This document shows, piece by piece, positions 30,365 to 40,893 of a stretch of 64,000 nucleotides of DNA. Position numbers and translations under genes: made by a program. The notes under the pieces were generated by a model that was not told where the DNA came from, ran no database searches, and worked only from the letters and a program-made list of their open reading frames with translations. The DNA comes from Candidatus Poribacteria bacterium (GTDB lineage Bacteria > Poribacteria > WGA-4E > WGA-3G). The number at the start of each line of letters is the position of its first letter. Position 1 is the first letter of the stretch. The stretch covers positions 25,915-89,914 of the forward strand of contig JAPPCZ010000087.1 in NCBI GenBank assembly GCA_028824685.1, in the 5' to 3' direction.

Positions 30365-32800
30365 ATGAAATTCGCCACTTTACATAAGAAACCACTAATC
30401 TATCTCAGATCTATACCGCTATCCCTTTTTCTCATCTTGCTACTGGTATTTGTTTCATTGACACCCAGTACTGGTGAAAAAAGCACTCCTGACTTTGCAA
30501 AAGAGGGTATACTATTCTTAAAACAGTACTGCTTCGACTGTCATGCGGGAGATCAACCCAGTGCGGATCTTAGTCTTGATGCATTTAAAGACAATCCATC
30601 ATTAATCAAAAATTACGATGTCTGGGAAAGAGTGTTGGAAATGCTGGAGACAAGTCAAATGCCACCAGCGGATGCCGATCAACCGCCTCTGGAAGAGTTG
30701 GAATCTTTTATCCATCGCGTTGATACGATTTTTGAGGACGCAAGTCGCACAGCAAAACCGGATCCAGGTAGCGTAACAGTTCGCAGACTTAACAGAGTTG
30801 AATACAGAAACAGCGTTCGAGATTTGCTGGGTGCAGATTTTGATCCGACTGAAAATTTTCCTGCAGATGATGTCGGACACGGATTTGATAATATCGGTGA
30901 TGTGCTGACAATGTCACCACTGCTGATGGAACGGTATCTTGAAGCCGCAGAAGCCATCGCCACACGTGTTATCATAGTAAATCCGCCCAAACCAGCAAGA
31001 CATTACCAAAGCGTGACGCGTCTTGATCCGCGCCACAAAGATGTGCCAAATAAACGTTTTCGCATACTTGATCCAACTGCAACAGAACCGTGGAAATCAG
31101 GGCCCTTTACGACAGGGGCATCGTATTTCAAATTCCTTCCGGATGAAGAAACGTATCTCCGCGCTACACTTTATGCAGAGACTGAAAGTGATACACCTGT
31201 TGAAGTTGCGCTGCTCATTCAAGGGAAAGCACTTGCAGATGTATCTACACCTGATGAACTTACACGATTAGTAGGTGTAGACCCCACGGCAGACAATAAT
31301 ATCAAGATTCTCAAGGTTTTTGAGATTACCTCGCGTGATCCAAAAAAGACACAGACGGTTGAATTTCTCGTTAGTCGTGTTGCAAACGTTGAAAAAGTTG
31401 GCATCGCAATGGTAAAACCTGAACAAGGTGAACCGAACGCAAAGCTGCAAATTAGAGCGGTTTGGTCCGAAGGTCCATTGGAAACGAGACCGAAATCACA
31501 ACTTAAAATATTAGCCTGCACACCAGACATCCCTCAAGCAGATCAGACTCGGGAAGTCCTAACACGACTGCTTCGCAAAGCATATCGTCGTCCACCAACT
31601 GAAAATGAAGTAGAACAACTTGCTGGGTTTGTTGATTCTGTCCAAGCAGACGGTGCTAAATGGGAAGCAGGTATTCAGCAGGCGATTAAAGTCATCCTCT
31701 GTTCACCAAAGTTTTTATTTCGGTTGGAGTTAGATGATCGTCCGCAAAGCGAAGATCCAATCCCGATTGACGAGTTTCATCTTGCATCGCGGCTTTCGTA
31801 CTTCTTATGGAGCAGCATCCCTGACGAAGAACTCCTTGAATTAGCGGAGAAAAACCAACTGGCTGAAAATCTTGAAGAACAGGTTAAACGGATGCTTGCA
31901 GATCCAAAAGCAACGGAATTGGCTACCAACTTCGGTGTACAATGGCTACAAATCCAAAGATTAGAAACTGTTACACCTGACCCCGAACGTTTTCCTACTT
32001 TCAATCCCAAACTACGAAAAGCGATGGTAAAAGAAACAGAACTGTTTCTGGAATCCATCTTTCGTGAAGATCAGAGTATCCTCAATCTGTTGGATGCAGA
32101 CTATACATTTCTCAATCAACGTTTAGGGGGACATTATGAGATTTGGAGTGATGCACAAGGAGAACCGATTAAAGGTGACACGTTTCGGCGGGTTACATTG
32201 AAAAACCCTGCACGCGGCGGTATCCTGACACAAGCCAGCGTGCTGACGGTAACTTCTAATCCGACCCGCACCTCACCTGTTAAGAGAGGACGTTGGGTTT
32301 TGGAACAGATACTCGGTTCACCACCGCCTCCGCCACCACCAGATGTTCCCGAATTGGAAGAAGATCACGATGCTATTACCGGCACAACATTGCGAGAACG
32401 TCTTGAACAGCATCGCGAAGACCCTGCTTGCGCCAACTGCCACGCCAAAATGGATCCGATCGGATTTGCAATGGAAAACTATAACGCAATCGGTAAGTTC
32501 CGAACAAAGGACGGGGAGCAAGATATTGATACAGCCGGACAATTACCTGATGGAACTTCGTTTGAAGGAATAACAGACTTAAAACAGATTCTTAAAGATA
32601 GAAAAACGCAGTTTGCCAGATGCTTAACAGAAAAAATGTTGACCTTTGCTTTAGGTAGAGGATTAGAGTATTACGATAAGCCAACTGTCGACCGAATTGT
32701 CACTGTGCTTGAGACAAAAGATTATAGAAGCTCCGTTCTAATTACAGAAATCGTTAAAAGCGATCCATTTCTGTTACGACGTGGCACAGAGGCTAATTGA
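30365..32800 (+). CDS. DUF1592/DUF1588/DUF1587-type large secreted protein with N-terminal cytochrome-c-like CxxCH motif
   Basis: Signal peptide/TM at the N-terminus. CFDCH heme-binding-type motif. 811 aa. PPPPPPP linker. Architecture matches the planctomycete-type PSCyt/PSD families that co-occur with DUF1552. Confidence 0.65.
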   Translation: MKFATLHKKPLIYLRSIPLSLFLILLLVFVSLTPSTGEKSTPDFAKEGILFLKQYCFDCHAGDQPSADLSLDAFKDNPSLIKNYDVWERVLEMLETSQMPPADADQPPLEELESFIHRVDTIFEDASRTAKPDPGSVTVRRLNRVEYRNSVRDLLGADFDPTENFPADDVGHGFDNIGDVLTMSPLLMERYLEAAEAIATRVIIVNPPKPARHYQSVTRLDPRHKDVPNKRFRILDPTATEPWKSGPFTTGASYFKFLPDEETYLRATLYAETESDTPVEVALLIQGKALADVSTPDELTRLVGVDPTADNNIKILKVFEITSRDPKKTQTVEFLVSRVANVEKVGIAMVKPEQGEPNAKLQIRAVWSEGPLETRPKSQLKILACTPDIPQADQTREVLTRLLRKAYRRPPTENEVEQLAGFVDSVQADGAKWEAGIQQAIKVILCSPKFLFRLELDDRPQSEDPIPIDEFHLASRLSYFLWSSIPDEELLELAEKNQLAENLEEQVKRMLADPKATELATNFGVQWLQIQRLETVTPDPERFPTFNPKLRKAMVKETELFLESIFREDQSILNLLDADYTFLNQRLGGHYEIWSDAQGEPIKGDTFRRVTLKNPARGGILTQASVLTVTSNPTRTSPVKRGRWVLEQILGSPPPPPPPDVPELEEDHDAITGTTLRERLEQHREDPACANCHAKMDPIGFAMENYNAIGKFRTKDGEQDIDTAGQLPDGTSFEGITDLKQILKDRKTQFARCLTEKMLTFALGRGLEYYDKPTVDRIVTVLETKDYRSSVLITEIVKSDPFLLRRGTEAN

Positions 32801-33867
32801 TAATGCGAATTATTAATGTTATTCTCTTTACCATCGCAGTTTTTTTAATAGGTTGTTATACAGTTCATTTAGAAACCTTTAGTGACGATCCAATCTTAAG
32901 ACTCAAACAGAAATATTCTCTCCATTTAGACACTACGTGGACAACAAAACAGGCGAGTCCGCTTTTAAAAATCTTTGAATCCTTCTCTACAGACCTAAAT
33001 TTCCACCCGTCTATATGGAAAATAAGTGATAATTTAGAAGAAGATATTAAGATAGAATTTCAAAACAGTTTGAAATCTGTTACTATCAATAGTGATGTTT
33101 TTCCAGTTGAAGGTTCTGAACAAGATTTTTCCGCAGAGAAACGCTTATTTTACGCTGCCGTTCAATTCATAACGGAAAATGGAACGAATACAGAGGCAAT
33201 CAAACTGATAATAAAAGATAGGTATGGCATCAGTGTAGATATACCGTCTTATGACTTACTTACCCAACGCGTCACACAGGAAACAGCAGAACACTATTCG
33301 GATTTTGAAAATGAAGACCTGATGCTTTTCATATCAATACTTGAGGAATTCCCTCAAGCACTACATAAAATTCCAGAATTAAGATATGTCGTGCGTAGAA
33401 TTGATGATAAGATTAGAGCACCCGGTTTAGCATGGACAAGCGAAGGTTATATTGAACTTTCACAAACCCTTTTTACTCGTGATTTTCCAGATGATACTCG
33501 CCGCCTAATTGCGCATGAAAAGTCGCATTTTTTATGGACATATCTGTTTTCTGACCAGCTTAAACAGGATTGGGCAAAACTTGGCGGTTGGCAAAAAGAT
33601 TTAAAAAGTGAATCGGGTTGGTCAACGACTAAAAATCGAGAAGAATTCGTAACGGATTACGCATACCAAAATAATCCGAACGAGGATTTAGCAGAAAGTA
33701 TCGGATTTTACCTCGTATATCCGGATAAACTCCGTTCCTGCTCTTCTGCAAAATATGACTTCATTCATAATCGGATTATGCTTATGTATGGTGAACGTTA
33801 TATTTCGCCAGATATGATGCAGGACACTTCATTTTCAGGTATATCTGACCATTTGCTCAGATATTAA
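32797..33867 (+). CDS. hypothetical membrane-anchored protein with HExxH zinc-metallopeptidase-like motif
   Basis: ATGA overlap with the upstream gene. N-terminal TM helix. IAHEKSHF (HExxH). 356 aa. Confidence 0.5.
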   Translation: MIMRIINVILFTIAVFLIGCYTVHLETFSDDPILRLKQKYSLHLDTTWTTKQASPLLKIFESFSTDLNFHPSIWKISDNLEEDIKIEFQNSLKSVTINSDVFPVEGSEQDFSAEKRLFYAAVQFITENGTNTEAIKLIIKDRYGISVDIPSYDLLTQRVTQETAEHYSDFENEDLMLFISILEEFPQALHKIPELRYVVRRIDDKIRAPGLAWTSEGYIELSQTLFTRDFPDDTRRLIAHEKSHFLWTYLFSDQLKQDWAKLGGWQKDLKSESGWSTTKNREEFVTDYAYQNNPNEDLAESIGFYLVYPDKLRSCSSAKYDFIHNRIMLMYGERYISPDMMQDTSFSGISDHLLRY

Positions 33868-33868
33868 T

Positions 33869-33898
33869 TTGACAAAAACACCTACGTACGCTAAACTA
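33869..33898 (+). promoter_or_regulatory. sigma70-like promoter
   Basis: TTGACA (33869-33874), 18-nt spacer, TAAACT (33893-33898). Confidence 0.4.
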
Positions 33899-33918
33899 AC
33901 ATCAACGGTGAATATTTT

Positions 33919-34968
33919 ATGAACACTTCAAAACAACTTTCACGTCGATCATTTCTACGCAGCCTGAGTGTAGGCGTTGCGCTGCCTTGTATCGGTGCAA
34001 TAGGACCATTGGCATCTTGGGCAGACACATTCGCAGATGGTAAAGTCGTAAAACGTTACCCGGACCCTGCGGTAGAAGTCCTTGACCAGCGTTTCGCAAA
34101 ATACAAAATTGGAAACGCTGTTGTAGAAAGGTTATGGACAGGTGCGCGGTGGTCGGAGGGACCCGTCTGGTTCGGTGATGGTGGATTTCTCCTCTGGAGC
34201 GATATTCCAAACAACCGTATTCTAAAATGGCAGGAAGCCACCGGAAAAGTGAGTGTCTATCGCAAACCGTCTAACTATACCAATGGACATACGCGTGACA
34301 GGCAAGGTAGACTCATCAGTTGCGAACACGGCACACGGCGCGTTACACGAACCGAATATGACGGAACGATTACTGTACTCATAGATAATTTTGAAGGCAA
34401 ACGGTTCAATGCTCCAAACGATGTCGTTGTCCATCCCGATGGACATATCTGGTTCACGGATCCTGGATACGGCATCATGTTCAACTACGAAGGGCATAAA
34501 GCCGAATTTGAATTGCCGACTTCCGTTTATCGCCTCAATCCGGAAACTGGAAAAGCCACAGTCGTAACGAGTGAACCCGATAAACCGAACGGACTCTGCT
34601 TTTCGCCTGACTATAAAAAACTCTATGTTGCCGACACAGGAACACCAAAAAACATCGTAGTCTTTGATGTCGTAGACGGTGAGCGATTAGGCAAAAAACA
34701 GGTATTTTATAAGACAGCACCCGGCAACGCTGATGGGTTGCGATGTGATACTGATGGAAACGTATGGGCAGGTGCTGGTTGGGTCGGTGAAGGTTACGAT
34801 GGTGTACATATCTTTGCACCAGACAGAACGCTCATCGGTAAGATTCATCTCCCAGAGATTTGTTCTAATATCTGCTTCGGCGGCGTTAAAAGAAACAGAC
34901 TCTTTATGACAGCGAGTCAATCTCTATACTCTGTTTATGTTGAAGCACAAGGAGCACCGTTATTTTAG
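33919..34968 (+). CDS. SMP-30/gluconolactonase/LRE-like beta-propeller hydrolase, Tat-secreted
   Basis: Twin-arginine signal MNTSKQLSRRSFLRSLSVGVALP. Gluconolactonase-family features (GPVWFGDGGFLLWSDIPNNRI). 349 aa. Confidence 0.7.
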   Translation: MNTSKQLSRRSFLRSLSVGVALPCIGAIGPLASWADTFADGKVVKRYPDPAVEVLDQRFAKYKIGNAVVERLWTGARWSEGPVWFGDGGFLLWSDIPNNRILKWQEATGKVSVYRKPSNYTNGHTRDRQGRLISCEHGTRRVTRTEYDGTITVLIDNFEGKRFNAPNDVVVHPDGHIWFTDPGYGIMFNYEGHKAEFELPTSVYRLNPETGKATVVTSEPDKPNGLCFSPDYKKLYVADTGTPKNIVVFDVVDGERLGKKQVFYKTAPGNADGLRCDTDGNVWAGAGWVGEGYDGVHIFAPDRTLIGKIHLPEICSNICFGGVKRNRLFMTASQSLYSVYVEAQGAPLF

Positions 34969-35006
34969 ATTCTTAAATTTACTATGTGACATTGAAGATT
35001 TGGGTA

Positions 35007-35084
35007 TTTAGTCCCGTAGGGACGATATGTTTATAGAAACGAAATAAACGTCCTCTTTAGTCCCGTAGGGACGATATGTTTATA
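35007..35084. repeat. two tandem copies of the 29-bp module TTTAGTCCCGTAGGGACGATATGTTTATA
   Basis: Copies at 35007-35035 and 35056-35084. The same module occurs at 8540, 28503 and 42843. Confidence 0.85.
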
Positions 35085-35263
35085 TGACAATACCTAATAT
35101 CCGTGAAAACAACAAAAACAATTAGTTAACTGGCACAAGTCGTTATAGTTGCAAATTATCACAAATTGAATTATAATATTATATCAACTCCGTACAAATT
35201 CACAGATTATAATTGTGATCTGTTTCACAACTGAAACAGGACAAAGGAGTAAAAGATACACTT

Positions 35264-36613
35264 ATGAAAACATCAAAACAACTTTCACGTAGAACGTTTT
35301 TACGCGGGTTAGGTGTAAGTATTGCGCTACCTTGGTTAGAATCGATGGGACCGCTCACAAGTTGGGCAACCGCAGCCACAAAAGGGGTAACAGGACAAGT
35401 AACACCGAATCGGATGGCATTCCTCTATGTACCGAATGGAAAAATCATGGAGAATTGGACACCGACACAGGCAGGCGCAAACTATGAACTCACGGACATC
35501 TTAAAACCACTTGTAAATGTAAAAGAAAAAACGCTGGTTCTGAGTGGATTAACAGCCGATAAGGCACGCGCCAATGGCGATGGCGGGGGTGATCACGCCA
35601 GAGCAATGGCGGCGTTCCTCACAGGCGCGCAACCGCGCAAAACAAGCGGCACAGATATCCATGCAGGAATCTCTGTTGACCAAGCCGCAGCCTCACATAT
35701 CGGTGATCAAACGCGATTACCTTCGCTTGAACTCGGCATTGATCCCGGTTACAGAGCAGGAAATTGCGACTCCGGTTATAGCTGCGTTTATTCAACAACG
35801 ATGGCATGGAAGTCTGCAACGCAACCGCTTCCAAAAGAGGTTAATCCAAAACTCGCTTTTGAACGCCTATTTTCAACCGAACCTAACGCCCAAAAAATAC
35901 AGCGCGATGAACAAAGAAAAAGTATCCTTGATTTTGTGAGACAGGATTCAAAAGACTTAATCCAACAAGTTAGCGGAAACGATGCGCGAAAACTTGATGA
36001 ATACTTCTCTGCCATTCGCGACATTGAAATGCGGATAGAATCGGCAGAAAAGTTCCCGCCAATAGACAATCCAGACTATATTGCGCCAGAGGAAATTCCA
36101 GCAGATTTTCAAGAACATGTTTGTCTGATGTTGGATCTCATCGTACTTGCATTCCAAACAGATGTGACCCGAATTGTAACCTTTACCTTAGCAAATGAGG
36201 GTAGCAACAAGACATATCCGACTATCAATGTTACTGATGGACACCATAATTTGTCACATCATGGTGGAAATAAAGCAAAAATAGATAAAATTCGGAAAAT
36301 AGACATTTTCCACACACAGCAGCTTGCATACCTGCTGGAGAAACTTGACTCCATTCCAGAAGGGGAAGGTACGCTACTTGACCATTCTATGATTTTATAT
36401 GGCAGTGGGAATTCTGATGGCAATCGCCACAGCCATCACGACCTACCAATTCTATTATCTGGTCAAGGGTGTGGCACACTGAAAAGTGGGCGACATGTCC
36501 AGTATCCAAAGGAAACGCCACTCAATAACCTTTGGTTGTCTATGCTTAATCGAATGGATGTTAATTTGCAGCAATTAGGGGATAGTACGGGTAGTTTAGA
36601 AGGGTTATCCTAA
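35264..36613 (+). CDS. DUF1552-family protein, Tat-secreted
   Basis: Twin-arginine signal MKTSKQLSRRTFLRGLGVSIALP. 449 aa. This family is the usual partner of DUF1592 proteins. Confidence 0.6.
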   Translation: MKTSKQLSRRTFLRGLGVSIALPWLESMGPLTSWATAATKGVTGQVTPNRMAFLYVPNGKIMENWTPTQAGANYELTDILKPLVNVKEKTLVLSGLTADKARANGDGGGDHARAMAAFLTGAQPRKTSGTDIHAGISVDQAAASHIGDQTRLPSLELGIDPGYRAGNCDSGYSCVYSTTMAWKSATQPLPKEVNPKLAFERLFSTEPNAQKIQRDEQRKSILDFVRQDSKDLIQQVSGNDARKLDEYFSAIRDIEMRIESAEKFPPIDNPDYIAPEEIPADFQEHVCLMLDLIVLAFQTDVTRIVTFTLANEGSNKTYPTINVTDGHHNLSHHGGNKAKIDKIRKIDIFHTQQLAYLLEKLDSIPEGEGTLLDHSMILYGSGNSDGNRHSHHDLPILLSGQGCGTLKSGRHVQYPKETPLNNLWLSMLNRMDVNLQQLGDSTGSLEGLS

Positions 36614-36639
36614 ATCCAACACTTGTTGTAGCACAATCT

Positions 36640-36765
36640 GTTAGATTGTGCTTGAAAACCCGCAAACTAATAGTTTGCGTTACGAAATCCTAATTTATAG
36701 ATTAGCCGCACAAGATAAGGTGATCGCAGCAAACACGGCGCGTTTACAAAGCGCGCCTACTATGA
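36640..36765. repeat. palindromic modules GCAAACTAATAGTTTGCG and GGCGCGTTTACAAAGCGCGCC
   Basis: The second module recurs at 43170, 50722 and 58300 with variant loops. Confidence 0.7.
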
Positions 36766-36770
36766 GATTT

Positions 36771-38348
36771 TTACCTGTTCTCGTCTTTCCCATAACCGCC
36801 ACCACCCGGTGTTTCAATCTGAATAATATCGCCTTCCTGTATAGCAAAAGTGGCTTTGCCAGCAAGTGATTGTTCCTCCCCATTACGGATTAACACGTTA
36901 CGTCCCAATTGTCCTGCTTCACCGCCTTGTAAACCGTAGGGTTGAAACACGCGGCGTTCCGATAGGATTGTAACCTCAGCATCTGTGAGAAGTCTAAGAG
37001 AACGCACAATTCCTGCCCCGCCTCGGAATTCACCCGTACCGCCGGTACCACGCCGAATCGCATACTGCTCCACCTGCATTGGATAACTTGTCTCAATGGC
37101 TTCTATAGGCGTATTCATTGTATTCGTCATGTGGGTATGGATGGCATCAATTCCATTGCCGTTTGGACGTGCACCCATACCACCAGCAATGGTTTCATAG
37201 TAGGTAAAATCTCTACCCCGTGGCACATCATGACCACCTACTGTGATATTACTCATAGATCCACAACTCGCGGCAGGAATTCGATCTGGACAGGCTTTTG
37301 CTAAAGCGCCGAAAAGGACATCAACAATTCGCTGTGAAGTTTCAACGTTTCCACCAGCGACCGCCGCAGGGAATTTTGCATTGATAACACTACCTTCAGG
37401 TGCAATAATTTGGATCGGTTCCAAACATCCTGCATTGGAAGGCACATCCTCACCTGCAATACATCGGAACGTATAAAAGACAGCTGAGACCGTGATAGCG
37501 TAAATAGCATTGACTGAACCTCGCACTTGTCCTGACGTGCGAGAAAAATCTACTATTGCAGTATCGTCTTTAATTTCTATTGCGACACAGATTTCTATCG
37601 GTTCGTCAGTAATACCATCGTTATCAAGAAAATCTGAAAATGTATAAATACCATCAGGGATCTCCTGTAAGAATGACCGTACCATCCGACTGGAATATGA
37701 ACAGAGTTCTTGCATATATACCTCAATTTCCGACATACCGTATTTTGTCACCATCTCCTGTAGTCGCCGTTCACCGATGCGGTTTGCGGCAAGTTGTGCC
37801 TCCATGTCGCCACGACGTTCTGTTGGTGTGCGTACATTCGCGAGGATTAGCTCCCACAAATCGGTATTCAATTTTCCACCTTGGACAAGCTTAACAGGTG
37901 GTATCCGAATACCTTCCTGAATTACACTTGTTGCAAGGGGCATAGAACCTGGGGTCATACCCCCGACATCCGCGTGGTGTGCGCGGTTCGCAACTAAAAA
38001 ATCAGGACTATTCGCTGACTTTTCCCCGAAAACAGGTGCTACCAAAGTAATATCCGGTAGGTGCGTCCCACCACGATACGGATCGTTAAGCACGATCATG
38101 TCGCCGGGTTCCATTTCGGTATGCTCAATCGCTGCTAAAACGGAAAGCGGCATGGAACCCAGATGGACAGGGATATGTGCGGCTTGTGCTACCATCTGTC
38201 CCGAAGCATCAAAAACCGCACATGAAAAATCAAGGCGTTCCTTGATGTTCGGTGAAAAGGCTGTCCGTTGTAACGTAACACCCATTTCTTCCGAAACTGA
38301 GGTGAGTATATTCTTATAGAGTTCTAATTTGATTGGGTCAAAGTCCAT
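36771..38348 (-). CDS. hydantoinase B / 5-oxoprolinase family protein (HyuB-like)
   Basis: 525 aa with the typical HyuB length and composition. No adjacent HyuA-like partner gene. Confidence 0.65.
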   Translation of the reverse strand: MDFDPIKLELYKNILTSVSEEMGVTLQRTAFSPNIKERLDFSCAVFDASGQMVAQAAHIPVHLGSMPLSVLAAIEHTEMEPGDMIVLNDPYRGGTHLPDITLVAPVFGEKSANSPDFLVANRAHHADVGGMTPGSMPLATSVIQEGIRIPPVKLVQGGKLNTDLWELILANVRTPTERRGDMEAQLAANRIGERRLQEMVTKYGMSEIEVYMQELCSYSSRMVRSFLQEIPDGIYTFSDFLDNDGITDEPIEICVAIEIKDDTAIVDFSRTSGQVRGSVNAIYAITVSAVFYTFRCIAGEDVPSNAGCLEPIQIIAPEGSVINAKFPAAVAGGNVETSQRIVDVLFGALAKACPDRIPAASCGSMSNITVGGHDVPRGRDFTYYETIAGGMGARPNGNGIDAIHTHMTNTMNTPIEAIETSYPMQVEQYAIRRGTGGTGEFRGGAGIVRSLRLLTDAEVTILSERRVFQPYGLQGGEAGQLGRNVLIRNGEEQSLAGKATFAIQEGDIIQIETPGGGGYGKDENR

Positions 38349-38448
38349 AAGATGTAAAATCGCTAAATGTTTGAGTTAGGTAATTCGCAATCAGAAGTTA
38401 GTTGCATTTTAACATTTTCTCTTGTAACATACAAGAAAAACCATTGAA

Positions 38449-39420
38449 ATGGATGGAAAAATGAATAAGATCAATATCGCTTTAATCGGTGCAGGCGGAA
38501 TGGCAAACGGTGTTCACTACCCATCTCTTTCGGAATGTGAAGATGTCCATCTTGTCGGATTATGTGATTTAGTAGAGTCAAAACTTCACGCCACAGCAGA
38601 GCGGTTTCAGATAGAACAGACTTTCACAGACTACAAGAAAATGCTTGAAAAAACGAGTCCTGATGCTGTTTATATTTTGATGCCACCACAACATCTGTTC
38701 CCACTTGTAATCCATTGTCTGTCGCAGAAACAACATGTATTCATTGAGAAACCTCCGGGCATAACACTTCATCAAACAAAGGAAATGGCTTTAGCAGCTG
38801 AAAAGCACGACTGCAAAACGATGGTTGGTTTCAATAGACGTTTTATACCATTGATGCAAAAAGTCAAAGCAATCGTTGAAGAAAACGGACCGATTATCCA
38901 ATGTATGTCTACCTTCCACAAAAATTCGCCAAACGCGCGCTATTATGACGGAGTCATAGATGTTTTAACTTGCGATGCAATTCACGCTGTGGACGCACTC
39001 CGTTGGCTTGGAGGTGGTGAGGTCCAAGCAGTTGCAAGCGACATCAATTCCTTCTATTCTGAGCGCGAGAACAGTTTCAATGCACTTGTCAAGTTTACAA
39101 GTGGTGCCTCCGGATATCTCTGCACAAATTGGGCTGTCGGCGGGCGTGTCCATATTTTTGAGATGCACGCGCGAGGAATTTCCGCTTATATTAACCCAGA
39201 TGCTGGTGGACGTGCAACACTCCACACGCCTGACGGAATAACCGAAATTACGTCTGAAGAAGCTGCCGATTCTGATGCCACTCACAAAGCCTACGGGTTT
39301 TATGGAGAAAGCCGACATTTTGCGGATTGTATTCAGCAAGACCAACAACCGTTAACATGTTTTGCTGATGCGGTCAAAACGATGGAACTTGTTGAAGCTA
39401 TCTATCAGAATAGAATCTAA
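38449..39420 (+). CDS. Gfo/Idh/MocA-family NAD(P)-dependent oxidoreductase
   Basis: N-terminal Rossmann motif INIALIGAGGMANGVHYP and the conserved EKP motif (VFIEKPPG). Confidence 0.75.
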   Translation: MDGKMNKINIALIGAGGMANGVHYPSLSECEDVHLVGLCDLVESKLHATAERFQIEQTFTDYKKMLEKTSPDAVYILMPPQHLFPLVIHCLSQKQHVFIEKPPGITLHQTKEMALAAEKHDCKTMVGFNRRFIPLMQKVKAIVEENGPIIQCMSTFHKNSPNARYYDGVIDVLTCDAIHAVDALRWLGGGEVQAVASDINSFYSERENSFNALVKFTSGASGYLCTNWAVGGRVHIFEMHARGISAYINPDAGGRATLHTPDGITEITSEEAADSDATHKAYGFYGESRHFADCIQQDQQPLTCFADAVKTMELVEAIYQNRI

Positions 39421-39439
39421 AGGTGTATCCATATTGCAC

Positions 39440-39600
39440 AGAGGCATTCAATTGTCGCGAACTTCTCTTATTGGAGGGCTTTGTAAGCCCGACTTAACTT
39501 ACAAACGCGTTTAATGTGGATGTCATACGCGCATTCACCACGCGCAATTTATTACACCTCTTTTCTTCTTGTAGGAGCGACCTCCTGGTCACGACCCCGT
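39440..39600. repeat. intergenic repeat block (CATTCAATTGTCGCGAAC...TTGGAGGGCTTTGTAAGCCCGAC, GTCATACGCGCATTCACC, TGTAGGAGCGACCTCCTGGTCACGAC)
   Basis: First module repeated at 43110-43160. Last module at 20625. Confidence 0.7.
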
Positions 39601-39654
39601 CTAAATGTTAAGAAAAACAAAACTGAATGACTCTGCTATATTACAAATTTTACA

Positions 39655-39683
39655 TTGAAATCGTCCGTTTAATGTGATATAAT
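39655..39683 (+). promoter_or_regulatory. sigma70 promoter with extended -10
   Basis: TTGAAA (39655-39660), 17-nt spacer, TGATATAAT (39675-39683). Confidence 0.5.
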
Positions 39684-39746
39684 CTTATGATGCTAAATTT
39701 TCTAATATGTATGAAAAACAAAGTATAAATGAGGGAATAGATTTCA

Positions 39747-40682
39747 ATGAAGCGGATAAAAATTCCCGGAGTTGACCAAGAAATTTCACAACTGATTCTG
39801 GGAACTATGATGTATTCACCTGATAGTTTTGATCACAGCACCCAAATGCTTGATACATTCTTTGAAGCAGGTGGAAATGCTTTGGACACAGCGCACATCT
39901 ATGGAGGCGGGAATAGTCAAAAATTAATCGGACTTTGGATGCACGAACGCGGAAATAGAGAAAAGGTTTTTTTGATAGACAAAGGTGGACACCCACAAGG
40001 AGGTGTTCCACGTCGTGTTTCCCCTGAATACGTTAAACAGGACCTTGAGGATAACCTCGTCTGTCTCCAGACCGATTATATTGATCTTTATATGCTTCAC
40101 AGAGACGATGTAGAGATTCCGGTTAGCACAATCATTGATTATTTGAACGAAGAAATAGATGCAGGGCGTATCCGAGCCATCGCCGCTTCTAACTGGGAGC
40201 CGCAGCGTATTATTGAGGCAAATACTTATGCCGAAGAAAACGGGTTAAGTGGGTTCGTTGCTTGTAGTAATAATATCAGCCTCGCGGTCCCAATGGAACC
40301 GATGTGGGGTGGATGTGTTTGCGTTGATGATGCCGCACGTCGTTGGCATGTGGAGAATCAATTCCCGTTAATGCCGTGGTCATCTCAGGCACGTGGGTTC
40401 TTCAGCGGTGCTTTTACCCCAGAAAACCGAGACAACGGAGACATGGTGCGTGTCTATTATAACGACGATAACTTCGAAAGGCTTGCCCGCGCAAAACAAT
40501 TAGGGACAAAATACGGATTCTCCGCGATTCAGGTCTCGCTTGCATACTGCGTCCAACTCCCCTTTCCTATTTTCCCGATTGTTGGCCCGGCAAACTTAGA
40601 AGAGATGGAATCTTCCCTCGGCGCATTGAATCTTCAACTCTCCCACGATGAAATGGCGTGGCTAAACCTTGAAACAGAGTAG
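39747..40682 (+). CDS. aldo/keto reductase
   Basis: DTAHIYGGGNSQKLIG motif of the AKR superfamily. 311 aa. Confidence 0.75.
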   Translation: MKRIKIPGVDQEISQLILGTMMYSPDSFDHSTQMLDTFFEAGGNALDTAHIYGGGNSQKLIGLWMHERGNREKVFLIDKGGHPQGGVPRRVSPEYVKQDLEDNLVCLQTDYIDLYMLHRDDVEIPVSTIIDYLNEEIDAGRIRAIAASNWEPQRIIEANTYAEENGLSGFVACSNNISLAVPMEPMWGGCVCVDDAARRWHVENQFPLMPWSSQARGFFSGAFTPENRDNGDMVRVYYNDDNFERLARAKQLGTKYGFSAIQVSLAYCVQLPFPIFPIVGPANLEEMESSLGALNLQLSHDEMAWLNLETE

Positions 40683-40893
40683 ATAAAGTTTTAGATACCT
40701 TCTGTACCGTAAAACAGCACACAATAAGTTTGGAGTAGGCATATATTTATGCCATCAAATATAAAATTCTATGAAAACAAAAATTTTCTACGTACTACTT
40801 ATGCTTCAACTTCTCCTTCCGTTTGGTGTTATAGATAATGCGTTTGGGCAAGAAAGCTGAGGTGCCTGAAGCAATCCTGCAATCCCACGCGGG

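Noticed and set aside
35007-35084. Possible mini-CRISPR array (two 29-bp direct repeats)
   Set aside because: Only two repeats with a 20-bp spacer. The same 29-bp module occurs singly and inverted at several other intergenic sites (8540, 28503, 42843) as part of the REP-like families. No cas genes are present.
35574-35939. 121-aa plus-strand ORF
   Set aside because: It is an alternative frame inside the DUF1552 gene.
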